A stretch of DNA of 64,000 bases, from IMG/VR virus record IMGVR_UViG_3300016471_001002, positions 64,001 to 128,000 of that record; one strand, written 5' to 3'. The notes below the pieces were generated by a model. It worked only from the letters and a program-made list of their open reading frames with translations. It had not been told where the DNA came from and searched no databases. The stretch is from a virus (taxonomy: Duplodnaviria; Caudoviricetes). The position numbers and the translations under genes are program-made. Positions 18,978-28,468 of this stretch are shown here, one piece after another; the first letter of the stretch is position 1, and each line of letters starts with the position of its first letter.

Positions 18978-20003
18978 ATGAAAATAGGAATCAGTTATTG
19001 GGGATTTTGTGAGTCATTTGAATCATCAAAAGAGGCCAAAACGCCGGATGGTCATCGTTATGGTCGGCCCATCATGGTCGATACTTTGATTGATAGAGGT
19101 CATGATGTATATGCGCTCCAACAACAACGAGAAGCAACACCATATCCAGGATTGAAATATGATGATGGATTTCCTGATTTAGATATCCTATTCGTTGAAT
19201 GGCGCTGGAAAACGTATAAAAATTCTGGACCTGATAAATTTGAGCCAGATCTTGACAGGCAATTTGCGTTGTTGTCAAAATATCATGGGAAAATTCCTGT
19301 CGTGATTTGGGATTGCGATTATAAAGTTTCTCATGTTGACGAAATGATGTGGCCTGAAGCAATTATCGCAGATCCTGCTTTCGAACCGAGGAATCTAACG
19401 AGGAAACGCGAAAGATTGATGTTTTGGACGAACTGGAAGAAGCTAATGCCAGTCAATTCGACTTCTTTTGAATACGGATATGTTGGCAACAATTATGAAA
19501 GGCCTCAGGCATTTGAGAGATATTATTCTTTACCCTCAGCGGGATTGCGAAGCTTAGGTATTCAAACGACTGTTCATGGTAATTGGTTAGAAGTTTCTCC
19601 AGAACGTGAATCGCCAAAGTCTTTGATTCAATCGCACCCAAATGTTGCGTTTGCTCCTAGATTAAATTTCTATGATTCAATGAAGAGGCTAAATTCTTTT
19701 ATCTGTACGACTCACATAACTAAACCAGAGTATGCTCAGAGAGGATTCGCTTCTCCTAGATACGTTGAAAATATAGTTTCAAACGTTCCAGCGCTTGTTC
19801 CTGAAGAGTTTTTAATTCCTTCATTATTAGGAAGCCGTTGGACAGTAAATGGTTCTGGGTCCGTTGTGGAAAAGGTTAGTTTAATTTCTTCTATGAATCT
19901 TGAAGATAGAACCGAATTAATTTTAGAACAAGAAAATAATTTAAAGTCAAGCGGTGTATTTTCAATTAACAGTGTTGTAGATTTTCTAGAGTCACTTAAG
20001 TGA
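18978..20003 (+). CDS. DNA glycosyltransferase, T4 beta-glucosyltransferase-like (GT-B)
   Basis: MKIGI start; YGYVGNNYER, TVHGNW, FASPRYVENIVSNVPALVPEEF parallel the recalled T4 BGT segments IYGGSFR, EFFGN, FITLRVWETMASDAVMLIDEEF. Confidence 0.7.
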   Translation: MKIGISYWGFCESFESSKEAKTPDGHRYGRPIMVDTLIDRGHDVYALQQQREATPYPGLKYDDGFPDLDILFVEWRWKTYKNSGPDKFEPDLDRQFALLSKYHGKIPVVIWDCDYKVSHVDEMMWPEAIIADPAFEPRNLTRKRERLMFWTNWKKLMPVNSTSFEYGYVGNNYERPQAFERYYSLPSAGLRSLGIQTTVHGNWLEVSPERESPKSLIQSHPNVAFAPRLNFYDSMKRLNSFICTTHITKPEYAQRGFASPRYVENIVSNVPALVPEEFLIPSLLGSRWTVNGSGSVVEKVSLISSMNLEDRTELILEQENNLKSSGVFSINSVVDFLESLK

Positions 20004-20010
20004 GGAAAAG

Positions 20011-21000
20011 ATGAAAGTATTAATTACAGGTGTTGCAGGACTTCTTGGTGCCAATTTCTCTAGATACCTTTTAGAAAAAGGATACAAGGTCGTAGGAATT
20101 GACGACCTCAGCGGAGGATACGTCGATTCAGTTCATAAAGATGTGACGTTTTACGAACAAGATCTTTGGGATAGAGACGCAGTAGAAAGTATCTTTTCAT
20201 CTGAAAAGCCCGATTATGTTTTTCATTTTGCAGCATATGCAGCAGAAGGATTAAGTCCATTTATTAGAAATTACAATTACACGAATAATGTTCTTTCTTC
20301 TGCAAATATTATTAACGCGTGTGTTAATAACAATGTTAAGAAAGTTATTTTTACTTCATCAATGGCCGTCTACGGCGTAGGAAAGCCTCCATTTACAGAA
20401 GATCAATTACCAACGCCAGAAGACCCATACGGAATTGCAAAGTATGCAGTTGAAATGGATTTGAAGCTTGCTCATGAAATGTTTGGTCTAAAATACAGTA
20501 TTGTTCGACCACATAATGTCGTTGGCATTTATCAAAACATTTGGGATCGATATAGAAACGTCATAGGCATTTGGATTCGTAAAGCCATGAACAATGAACC
20601 TCTGTCTATCTTTGGTGACGGAACACAAGTTAGAGCATTCTCTGATATTAAGTTTTATATGGAACCTTTCGAGAAGCTTATGATGTCTCATGACGGAGAA
20701 ATTTTTAATATTGGTGCAGACAAATATTATACGATCAATGAAGCTGCAGATGTAGTAATCGATGTAGCAAAAGAATTGGGAATTAACGCAACGAAAGTTC
20801 ATCTAGAAAAGAGGAATGAGGTTCACACAGCTTATTGCGACCATGCGAAAGCTCATGAACTCTTAGGGTTTAACGACCAAACAAATCTTCGAGAAACTGT
20901 TATGAAAATGTTTAAATGGGCGTTAGAACAACCGAACCGTCCAACAAAAATGATGAATTATGAAATTGAGAAAAACATGTATTCATTCTGGAAGAAATGA
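20011..21000 (+). CDS. NAD-dependent epimerase/dehydratase (extended SDR)
   Basis: TGVAGLLG, TSSMAVYG, YGIAK (YxxxK), GDGTQVRAF. Confidence 0.92.
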   Translation: MKVLITGVAGLLGANFSRYLLEKGYKVVGIDDLSGGYVDSVHKDVTFYEQDLWDRDAVESIFSSEKPDYVFHFAAYAAEGLSPFIRNYNYTNNVLSSANIINACVNNNVKKVIFTSSMAVYGVGKPPFTEDQLPTPEDPYGIAKYAVEMDLKLAHEMFGLKYSIVRPHNVVGIYQNIWDRYRNVIGIWIRKAMNNEPLSIFGDGTQVRAFSDIKFYMEPFEKLMMSHDGEIFNIGADKYYTINEAADVVIDVAKELGINATKVHLEKRNEVHTAYCDHAKAHELLGFNDQTNLRETVMKMFKWALEQPNRPTKMMNYEIEKNMYSFWKK

Positions 21001-21003
21001 CAT

Positions 21004-21786
21004 ATGACTACGACATCATTGACATTTCCTGAAAAGATCCCTGATAGAGAAAAATTTATTTTTGATCAAGTTATGTCAGGAAACTTTGAAGCTTCTTGGT
21101 CATCGCTTGAATACACTGTTTCAGGAAAAAAAGTTAGATTAAATGTAATGTCTGACGCCTTGAAGATCGGAGGCATTAGAGTGAACGTTTCTGCTACGTT
21201 GCAACAACAGCTAGCTGACATTTTTGATGCATCGTTGTTAACGGCACAAGTTGCTGATTTAATGTACATCAATGCAAGTCATATTTTAAATCCATCTCCG
21301 CAAACAATTTCAACGACTGTTGCTTCCATGATTTCTCATGATAGTAAAGTCACTAAACAATTAGGCGTCTATTCAGGAGGAATTGTTTCAACGGTTGGAA
21401 AACATTGGATTTTGGACAAAAAGATAGATCAATCTCCTAATCGTGCTTGCAATTATGGATGGCATTTTACTGGATCAAATTTTCAAGGAATAAATGGATT
21501 TCCTTGTGCGTCTACATTTAAAAGCATAAATGGAAAGCAAGTTAAAGTTATTCAACCTAATGCAGTAGCCCATGATTCAAGGCATAGTGATTATTCGCAG
21601 ATTTGTCAACTTGTTTCGCAACAATGTTGGATTGATGATGTAGAATATAGATTCTCTGATGTTCTTCAAAATCCTTCTTTTTGTGATCTTATTAATCATA
21701 ATGGAGTTTTAAAAAATGTCAGACAACCTGGCGTTCAAAAAGTATCAGGACAAATTGTTTTATTTCCAGTCGTAATTACTTCTTGA
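21004..21786 (+). CDS. Hypothetical protein, possible His-dependent hydrolase
   Basis: GKHW, NYGWH, HDSRHSDYSQ. Confidence 0.5.
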   Translation: MTTTSLTFPEKIPDREKFIFDQVMSGNFEASWSSLEYTVSGKKVRLNVMSDALKIGGIRVNVSATLQQQLADIFDASLLTAQVADLMYINASHILNPSPQTISTTVASMISHDSKVTKQLGVYSGGIVSTVGKHWILDKKIDQSPNRACNYGWHFTGSNFQGINGFPCASTFKSINGKQVKVIQPNAVAHDSRHSDYSQICQLVSQQCWIDDVEYRFSDVLQNPSFCDLINHNGVLKNVRQPGVQKVSGQIVLFPVVITS

Positions 21787-21793
21787 GGTTAAC

Positions 21794-22003
21794 ATGCCGA
21801 CTTACGAATATCAATGTGAAGCTTGCAAACATTTATTGGAAACCTTTCAATCAATAAAAGATGATCCTTTGACTACTTGCCCCAATTGTAATTCAGAGAC
21901 AATGAAACGCTTAATTTCCGCCGGCGGAGGTTTTACTTTGAAAGGTGGAGGTTGGTATAAAGATCTTTACGCTTCAAATAAGTCTTCTATTTCTTCTGAA
22001 TAG
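21794..22003 (+). CDS. FmdB-family zinc-ribbon protein
   Basis: MPTYEYQCEACKH...CPNC...KRLIS..GFTLKGGGWY. Confidence 0.88.
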   Translation: MPTYEYQCEACKHLLETFQSIKDDPLTTCPNCNSETMKRLISAGGGFTLKGGGWYKDLYASNKSSISSE

Positions 22004-22712
22004 AAGGTTGTTTTTTTGCGATGTTCCTACTTGTTCTAGCTGCAACATGACTTGGCTTTATTAAGTTATGCTCATCTTCATTTTGTTTTGATTCAAATGT
22101 AGGTTTAATTTCGCCGGTTTCACAATTTAAAATTATATTATATCCCCCATGTGCAAGTGTAAGAGGCGCTTTTATTGTAGATAGATAATCATATCTTGCT
22201 TCATTTATCATTTCTTTATCAAACCAAGGGTCTAGAACAAAATTTGAAACGCTAACGTTTTTTCCATTGATGTTTATTTCATAAGAGCTATTTTCTACTG
22301 GATCGCAAACTTCAACTGCAACAAAAGTTTCGTCCCCTCTGTGCGACCAGAGATTTATAAAAGGATTATAAAAAGTTTCAAGAATTTCATGAGAAAGAAC
22401 GACAGAAACAGATTTTGTTCCATTTAATATCGTTCCTCCGTTATTTAAGATAGGATTTACAAACACTCTACCCCAAACTTTCCCATCAGGATCTTGCGAA
22501 TGATAACCTAATGCAGTAGCGTGATCACTATCATCCATTATGACCATCGGAAATCCATCGTTGCCATCAATTTTTATTTCCCATTCAATCCTTCCAAGAA
22601 GCGGAGCAGCATGATCTTTTAATTGAACTCTGCAAGCTTCAACCATTAGTTCTAAATCTTCTTTTGATATCTTAGATGATTTGTTTATTACGTTGAATGT
22701 TTTCATTATCAT
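21987..22712 (-). CDS. Putative zincin-like metalloprotease
   Basis: LGYHS, SHEILET, EVCDPVE; start placed at MIMKTF (22712) to avoid overlap with the next gene. Confidence 0.5.
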   Translation of the reverse strand: MIMKTFNVINKSSKISKEDLELMVEACRVQLKDHAAPLLGRIEWEIKIDGNDGFPMVIMDDSDHATALGYHSQDPDGKVWGRVFVNPILNNGGTILNGTKSVSVVLSHEILETFYNPFINLWSHRGDETFVAVEVCDPVENSSYEININGKNVSVSNFVLDPWFDKEMINEARYDYLSTIKAPLTLAHGGYNIILNCETGEIKPTFESKQNEDEHNLIKPSHVAARTSRNIAKKQPSIQKK

Positions 22713-22761
22713 AATTAATGAACTTTTTATGTTTGCGCAGTAATATTTTATTGAAGTTTTT

Positions 22762-23724
22762 ATGAAAAAAGTTTTATTAACAGGCGGCGCAGGTTTTATA
22801 GGAAGCAATATTGCTCGTAAATTGGAAGAATTAAATTTTGATTTTGATATTGTGGATGATTTGTCAAATGGATTTATTGAGTTTTTGCCTGAAAATATCA
22901 AATCAAAATTGATTCTTGACGATTTTTCTTCCGAAGCAATCTTAGAAAAGATACGCAATAAAGAGTATGATTATGTAATGCACATCGCTGCTGTTCCAAG
23001 AGTAAGTTACTCTGTAGAGTATCCTATAAAGACAAATGATATCAACGTTTCAAAGACTTTAAGGTTGATTGAAGCTTGTAAGAATAATGTAAAGAGAATA
23101 GTTTTTGCATCGTCGTCATCAGTTTATGGAAATACTGATGTACTTCCCACAACAATTTTGCAAAATAAAAACCCTCAATCTCCATATGCTTTACAAAAAT
23201 CAATCATAGAAGATTATCTAAGATTGTATAGCTCTTTATACGGATTAGATTCAGTTTGCCTTAGGTTTTTTAACGTCTTTGGACCAAATCAACTTGGGGG
23301 TTCTCCTTATGCAACAGTCGTTGGATCTTGGCTCACTGCAATCAAAAGTGGAACCTCAATGAGATCAGACGGAGATGGAACGCAGTCTAGAGATATGTGT
23401 TACATAGACAACGTAGTTGATGCATGCATCAAAGGAATTCAAGTTGATCATGCTTTGAAAGCAGAATGTTTAAATATTGCATGTGGAGACAGGACAACAA
23501 ATAAAGAAATTCTTCAATACCTTTTGACCAAATATCCAAATGCTAAGTACCATGATGCACCATGGAGACCAGGCGATGTCATGCACACGCTTGCAGACAT
23601 TTCAAAAACAGAGGAAATCCTAGGATACAAACCGTTGGTGAGATTTTGGGAAGGCCTAGATTTAACCATAAAGTGGTATGAAGAAAATTGGGATATGATT
23701 AAAACTTTGATTCTTAAGGCATAA
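22762..23724 (+). CDS. NAD-dependent nucleotide-sugar epimerase (WbpP/GalE-like SDR)
   Basis: TGGAGFIGS, ASSSSVYG, YALQK, RFFNVFGPNQ, GDGTQSRD, RPGDVMHTLADISK. Confidence 0.92.
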   Translation: MKKVLLTGGAGFIGSNIARKLEELNFDFDIVDDLSNGFIEFLPENIKSKLILDDFSSEAILEKIRNKEYDYVMHIAAVPRVSYSVEYPIKTNDINVSKTLRLIEACKNNVKRIVFASSSSVYGNTDVLPTTILQNKNPQSPYALQKSIIEDYLRLYSSLYGLDSVCLRFFNVFGPNQLGGSPYATVVGSWLTAIKSGTSMRSDGDGTQSRDMCYIDNVVDACIKGIQVDHALKAECLNIACGDRTTNKEILQYLLTKYPNAKYHDAPWRPGDVMHTLADISKTEEILGYKPLVRFWEGLDLTIKWYEENWDMIKTLILKA

Positions 23725-23725
23725 T

Positions 23726-24727
23726 ATGAAAGCATATAATAACTTCACAGAAGCTTATGTTGACATCATAAAAGATGTCTATTCTAATCCAGAATTTACT
23801 TCATCGCCTAGAGGTATGAAGGTTAAAGAAATTTTAGGATATCAATTTAAAATTCTAAATCCTAGAAACAGAATTCCTTATGTTCCTGGTAGAGATTTGT
23901 CAGTTCATTACATGATTGCTGAACTTTTATGGTATTTGAGTGGAAATAATTCCACTGAATGGATTAGCAATTATTCTGCGTTTTGGTCTAAAATTTCTGA
24001 TGACGGTAGCACAGCTAATAGCGCTTATGGTGCAAGAATTTTTAAACCTCATGATAGAATTGCATCGACAATCAAGCAAGATTGGACGCAATGGGATTAT
24101 GTTATCAATGAACTAAAATCTGATCCTGATTCAAGACGTGCAGTTATTCATATTCGTTCCCCACAAGATTCATTGTTAGCACAGCTCGATGTTCCATGCA
24201 CATTATCATTGCAATTTTTCTTGCGAAATGATAAAGTACACATGGTCGTTTCTATGAGATCTTCAGATGTCATCCTTGGCTTGGCATACGACGTGCCAGC
24301 TTTCACAATTTTCCAAGAATTGCTCGCTGTACAATTAACAAAAGAGCTTGGAAGATCAATTGGATTAGGGTCTTATACGCACCTTAGCGCATCTCTACAT
24401 GTGTACGAGAGGCACTTTAAAATGGTCGAAAAAATACTTAATGAAGATATGAAGCAAGATTATCGAAACATTCCTGAGATGCCTCTGATGCCTAGTGATA
24501 TTCCTCTTGAAGATCTAATGGCTGTTGAAAAAGATCTAAGAAAATCTAAAACTTCAAGTTCTTTGATCAAAACTGTAGAGAATTTTGGTTTTTCTAATGA
24601 TTATTGGAAAGATTGGTGTAAAGTTTTGGCATCTCACAAAGCATTGAAATTAGATGATCAAAAAACGTCAAATGATCTTCTTTCATCAACAATTTTTGAA
24701 GGGTATAGGTATTTTACGAAGCCATGA
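23726..24727 (+). CDS. Thymidylate-synthase-fold enzyme, probably dCMP hydroxymethylase
   Basis: SRRAV, DVPCTLSLQF, MRSSDVILGLAYDV (Asp where dUMP-specific ThyA has Asn), SLHVYERH. Confidence 0.78.
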   Translation: MKAYNNFTEAYVDIIKDVYSNPEFTSSPRGMKVKEILGYQFKILNPRNRIPYVPGRDLSVHYMIAELLWYLSGNNSTEWISNYSAFWSKISDDGSTANSAYGARIFKPHDRIASTIKQDWTQWDYVINELKSDPDSRRAVIHIRSPQDSLLAQLDVPCTLSLQFFLRNDKVHMVVSMRSSDVILGLAYDVPAFTIFQELLAVQLTKELGRSIGLGSYTHLSASLHVYERHFKMVEKILNEDMKQDYRNIPEMPLMPSDIPLEDLMAVEKDLRKSKTSSSLIKTVENFGFSNDYWKDWCKVLASHKALKLDDQKTSNDLLSSTIFEGYRYFTKP

Positions 24728-25302
24728 CCACAACATTTACTGTATTTTGCGGGCCGATGTTTTCTGCAAAAACTACTTCTTTATTATCTGTTCTTGATAG
24801 ATTCAAGTATCAAGGTAAAAAGATTGCTGTTTTTAAACCGAAGTTAGATGACAGGTATAGCGAATCTGACGTTTCTACGCATGGGGGATGGAAAATGCCG
24901 GCAATTTGCGTAAAGTTAGGAACTGATATCTTAGAGCATCTTGCTAATATGGAAGAAAATCCTCAAGTAATTGCTGTTGATGAAGCCTTTATGATACCAG
25001 GAGTAGCAGATGTATTGGTTTGGTTATATAGAAGCGGGTATTCAGTTGTGGTTTCTAGCTTGGATTTATCTGCAACTGGAAAACCATTCTTAGAAGTTGA
25101 AAAAATGTTGCCTTGGGCAACGAAGGTAGAAAAATTAAGCGCAGTTTGTACAGTATGTAATAAAGACGCTTTTTACACGTATAAGAAACAAACAGGTGGA
25201 GATGAAATAGAAGTTGGAGGAAATGAACTATATGAGCCGAGATGTTCTCGTTGCCATCCTTCAATCTTAAATCGAGATGGAGTTTATTCTACAAGAGGTT
25301 GA
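24724..25302 (+). CDS. tdk: Thymidine kinase
   Basis: GPMFSAKTT, FKPKLDDRY, IAVDEAF, AVCTVC, IEVGGNELYEPRCSRC. Confidence 0.92.
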   Translation: MTTTFTVFCGPMFSAKTTSLLSVLDRFKYQGKKIAVFKPKLDDRYSESDVSTHGGWKMPAICVKLGTDILEHLANMEENPQVIAVDEAFMIPGVADVLVWLYRSGYSVVVSSLDLSATGKPFLEVEKMLPWATKVEKLSAVCTVCNKDAFYTYKKQTGGDEIEVGGNELYEPRCSRCHPSILNRDGVYSTRG

Positions 25303-25304
25303 TT

Positions 25305-25781
25305 ATGTCAAATTCTTTGGATCGACATGTAAAAAAGTTGTCAGTTTTCATGAAAATGTGTAATGAATTATCTTCATTGTCATACGACGACAAATATAAA
25401 GTTGCTTCAATCATAATCACTAAAGACTATAGAGAAGTATGTGCAATAGGGTATAACGGAGGATATAAGGGAGGTCCTAATAAGAGATCTTCTTTAGACC
25501 ATGGTAAATCTGGTTTTCTTCATGCGGAAGAAAATGCATTGTTTCATTTATGCAAACCATATGAATTAAGAAATGATCTTTTAATGTTATGCACGCATAA
25601 ACCATGTTCGATGTGTGCAAGGAGGATTGTTAATAGTGGGATCAAGGATATTGTGTATTATGCTGATTATACTGATGCAGAAGCCGCTACCGATCATATT
25701 TTTGAGATTACTGGAACTTCTTGCACTAAATTTGATGATATTTTGCAAAACCCAGCTGCTATCATGAATATTCGAGCGTGA
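25305..25781 (+). CDS. dCMP deaminase
   Basis: IGYNG, HAEENAL, PCSMC; ATG 25305 in frame with ORF-track 25242. Confidence 0.88.
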   Translation: MSNSLDRHVKKLSVFMKMCNELSSLSYDDKYKVASIIITKDYREVCAIGYNGGYKGGPNKRSSLDHGKSGFLHAEENALFHLCKPYELRNDLLMLCTHKPCSMCARRIVNSGIKDIVYYADYTDAEAATDHIFEITGTSCTKFDDILQNPAAIMNIRA

Positions 25782-25809
25782 TCGATAATTACTTAGACAT
25801 GGAGATAAC

Positions 25810-26181
25810 ATGAAGCAAAAGCTTACAGGAAATTACATTATCAATCTTATGAGAGAAGAATGGCAAAAAAAAGTTAATTCTTTACTCTCAGAAACTCCCT
25901 CGCAAAAGAAAAAGCCACGAGGGTTAAAGATGCAAGTCGACGTCGATGGAGATGGAAGTAAAGAGAACGTGATTGATGTTGGTTTGAAGGTACAAAAAAA
26001 GATGCCAGATGACAAACGCATAAATGTTAAAGGTGACCCCACTTCTGGATTAGTTTATACTGTAGTTTCAGTGAACGATCAGGATAAAACGATTACTTTA
26101 AGCAGACCAGATTCTGGTAACGGCGAGAAAACAATAGTTATAACAAAACAAGCTTTTGAGAACGAATATCAAAGAAAGTGA
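25810..26181 (+). CDS. Hypothetical protein (N-terminal 'INLMREEW..LLSE')
   Basis: ORF track; SD GGAG; ATAATTA at 25785-25791. Confidence 0.55.
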   Translation: MKQKLTGNYIINLMREEWQKKVNSLLSETPSQKKKPRGLKMQVDVDGDGSKENVIDVGLKVQKKMPDDKRINVKGDPTSGLVYTVVSVNDQDKTITLSRPDSGNGEKTIVITKQAFENEYQRK

Positions 26182-26191
26182 TGATGCTATC

Positions 26192-26920
26192 ATGAACATT
26201 AAATCTTTAGGCGTAGACTTAGATAATATCCTCAAGGATGCAGTAAAAAATTCAATTAAAGCACAAACTAAAGAATTGCCTACTGCTGAAAAACTAGATG
26301 AAGCTTATGTTGCTGAGCCTAAGGTTTTTAAGCAAGTTTCTGAATTTTCTACTCAAAAAACAAAAGACGCACATGACACCTTATATAAAGGATATGTCGA
26401 ATCTTTAAACAAAATTTCCGCAGAGCTAGATTCTGCAGATCGAAATGCAGCTGATTCTAAACATTCTCAATATCGTTCTTTAAAACTCGATGAAGTTTAT
26501 AATTTAAATGCGACATGGCTTCATGAGCTATATTTTGCAAATGCATTTGATCCTCACTCTGAAATCACCATGGATTCATTATCCTATATGAGACTTGAAA
26601 GAGATTTCGGAACGTTTGAAGATTGGCAAAAAGATTTCATGGCTTGCGCATTATCTTCAGGGAGTGGATGGGCCGTGTGCGGATATCATATCTTTTTGCA
26701 AAGATACGTCAATACTGTAGTTAGCCACCACAGCGGAGACGTCATGCTTGGTTTATATCCAGTTATCGTTGTTGACATGTGGGAACATGCTTATTATAGA
26801 GATTACTTGAATGACAAAAAGAGTCATCTTGTGGCAAGAATGAGAGAATTTGATTGGGATGTGATTGAGGAAAGAGTAAAGAAAGCTGAGTTAATTTCTC
26901 AAGCCATAAAGGTGAAGTGA
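26192..26920 (+). CDS. sod: Fe/Mn superoxide dismutase with N-terminal extension
   Basis: Ligands present: AHDTLYKGYV, WLHELYF, VDMWEHAYY; GSGWA. Confidence 0.85.
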   Translation: MNIKSLGVDLDNILKDAVKNSIKAQTKELPTAEKLDEAYVAEPKVFKQVSEFSTQKTKDAHDTLYKGYVESLNKISAELDSADRNAADSKHSQYRSLKLDEVYNLNATWLHELYFANAFDPHSEITMDSLSYMRLERDFGTFEDWQKDFMACALSSGSGWAVCGYHIFLQRYVNTVVSHHSGDVMLGLYPVIVVDMWEHAYYRDYLNDKKSHLVARMREFDWDVIEERVKKAELISQAIKVK

Positions 26921-27468
26921 TGAATCGTAAATTAAACGTATCACAATTAAAGAAGATTATTCGTGAGCAAGTAAAATTATTGGTTGAAGGAGACAAGAAA
27001 GAATTAAAAGATTCTTTAGACCAACAAGTCGATGATCTTCTTATGTCTTATGAATCAGAAGCAAAAACTAAAAAAAATGAAGGGTTAGATTTCAGGATGA
27101 TGACCCGCAGGTTTTTATCATCTTCAACAACACAATTGCTTGAAGCAGACGAAGATAAAGGATCTGATAAGGAAAAAGAAGAAAAAAAGAAATTGAAGAT
27201 GGAAGATATCGACGTCGAGGAATTTGCTGGCAGCGTTTCAAGGTTGATAGACAATTACGACTCTTTATTAGAAGTTAGAAATACGTTGGCAAGAAGAGCT
27301 GTTAATTTTTTGATTGAAAATTATGAGCAAGATGTTGTTAATGAATTTAAGAACGTTTTAGAAGATTCTTATGATATTACAATTGGAAAATCAAAAATAG
27401 AAATTGAAGATGAAAAATTTGAAGCACCACTTGCAGATAGAGCTGGAGGTTCAGGAGGTGGTGCTTGA
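26917..27468 (+). CDS. Hypothetical protein with 'QLKKIIREQ' motif
   Basis: ORF track; motif family. Confidence 0.6.
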   Translation: MMNRKLNVSQLKKIIREQVKLLVEGDKKELKDSLDQQVDDLLMSYESEAKTKKNEGLDFRMMTRRFLSSSTTQLLEADEDKGSDKEKEEKKKLKMEDIDVEEFAGSVSRLIDNYDSLLEVRNTLARRAVNFLIENYEQDVVNEFKNVLEDSYDITIGKSKIEIEDEKFEAPLADRAGGSGGGA

Positions 27469-27767
27469 TTAGAACTGATATTTTGCATGATAAAAAATGT
27501 ATTCATATTAAATTGACAAAAGACGTTCATTTAAAATTAAGAGAAAAGTTATTTCAATATCAATTGTCGATGCAATCTATCTTTGACGAATTTGCAAGGC
27601 TTGTAATTGAAGATGAAAAATCTGCAATTAAAGTTTTAGAAGATCTTGCATTAAAAAGAGCTCGTGAGCAAATTGAAAAACCTATAAAAAAGTCTACTTC
27701 ATATAATCGAGATAGCATAAATGAACTAGATCATAATACGTTGTATAATATGATCAACGATGACTGA
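27465..27767 (+). CDS. Possible ribbon-helix-helix DNA-binding protein
   Basis: CIHIKLTKDVHLKLREKLFQYQLSMQSIFDEFA beta-alpha-alpha pattern. Confidence 0.45.
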   Translation: MIRTDILHDKKCIHIKLTKDVHLKLREKLFQYQLSMQSIFDEFARLVIEDEKSAIKVLEDLALKRAREQIEKPIKKSTSYNRDSINELDHNTLYNMINDD

Positions 27768-28071
27768 CGAAAAAGAAACTAGCAAACCTAAGATGAAATT
27801 GTTTGACTATATTTTTGAGTCATCGATTAAATCATCAAAAACTATCTTAAACATAGTTAATGAACTTATTTTATTATCTCAAGACGTTCGCTCTTTAAGA
27901 GACACGATTTTAACTTTATCTAAAGTTCTACAAACTCACCAAGCCATTATAGAAGATATATGTAAAGTTCTTGAAAGTGCAGCTGAACATGTAGAAAAGC
28001 AAGAACAAAAACTAGAAAATAGTTTCTCAGTTTCTTTAACTAAAGATCCAAAAAAAGATAAACCTAATTGA
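27760..28071 (+). CDS. Coiled-coil hypothetical protein
   Basis: ORF track; coupled overlap. Confidence 0.55.
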   Translation: MTDEKETSKPKMKLFDYIFESSIKSSKTILNIVNELILLSQDVRSLRDTILTLSKVLQTHQAIIEDICKVLESAAEHVEKQEQKLENSFSVSLTKDPKKDKPN

Positions 28072-28072
28072 T

Positions 28073-28462
28073 ATGATCTGGAATAAAATTATAAATTTAG
28101 CAAAAAAATATTGGCAATACATTCTTTTGTTTTTTGGAGCAATTTTTACGTTTATTTTGTTTAGAAAAAAAGATTCTCCTGTTGATGATCAAACTCAGTC
28201 AAGAAAAGACAAGGATAAGCAATTAGACGTCATTGATGATGTGAGAAAAGAAGAGAGAAAAGAGCATGATAATGCTGATAAAAAGCTAAAAGAAGGATTA
28301 GAGATTGTAGAAAAACAATACCAAGAACAAAAAAAAGAACTTGACGAAAAGAAAAAGCAAGAAGTAAAAAATGTTCTTGAAAAATATAAAGATGATCCAA
28401 CAGGGCTAGCAAAAAAGTTGTCAGAGGTAACAGGATTCAAGATTATAATGCCAGATGAGTGA
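28073..28462 (+). CDS. Membrane-anchored coiled-coil protein (spanin-like topology)
   Basis: YILLFFGAIFTFILF transmembrane segment then charged coiled coil. Confidence 0.5.
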   Translation: MIWNKIINLAKKYWQYILLFFGAIFTFILFRKKDSPVDDQTQSRKDKDKQLDVIDDVRKEERKEHDNADKKLKEGLEIVEKQYQEQKKELDEKKKQEVKNVLEKYKDDPTGLAKKLSEVTGFKIIMPDE

Positions 28463-28468
28463 GAGTTT

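Noticed and set aside
23726-24727. Ordinary thymidylate synthase ThyA
   Set aside because: Asp at the Asn177-equivalent position, ThyX already present, and a glycosyltransferase/epimerase neighbourhood.
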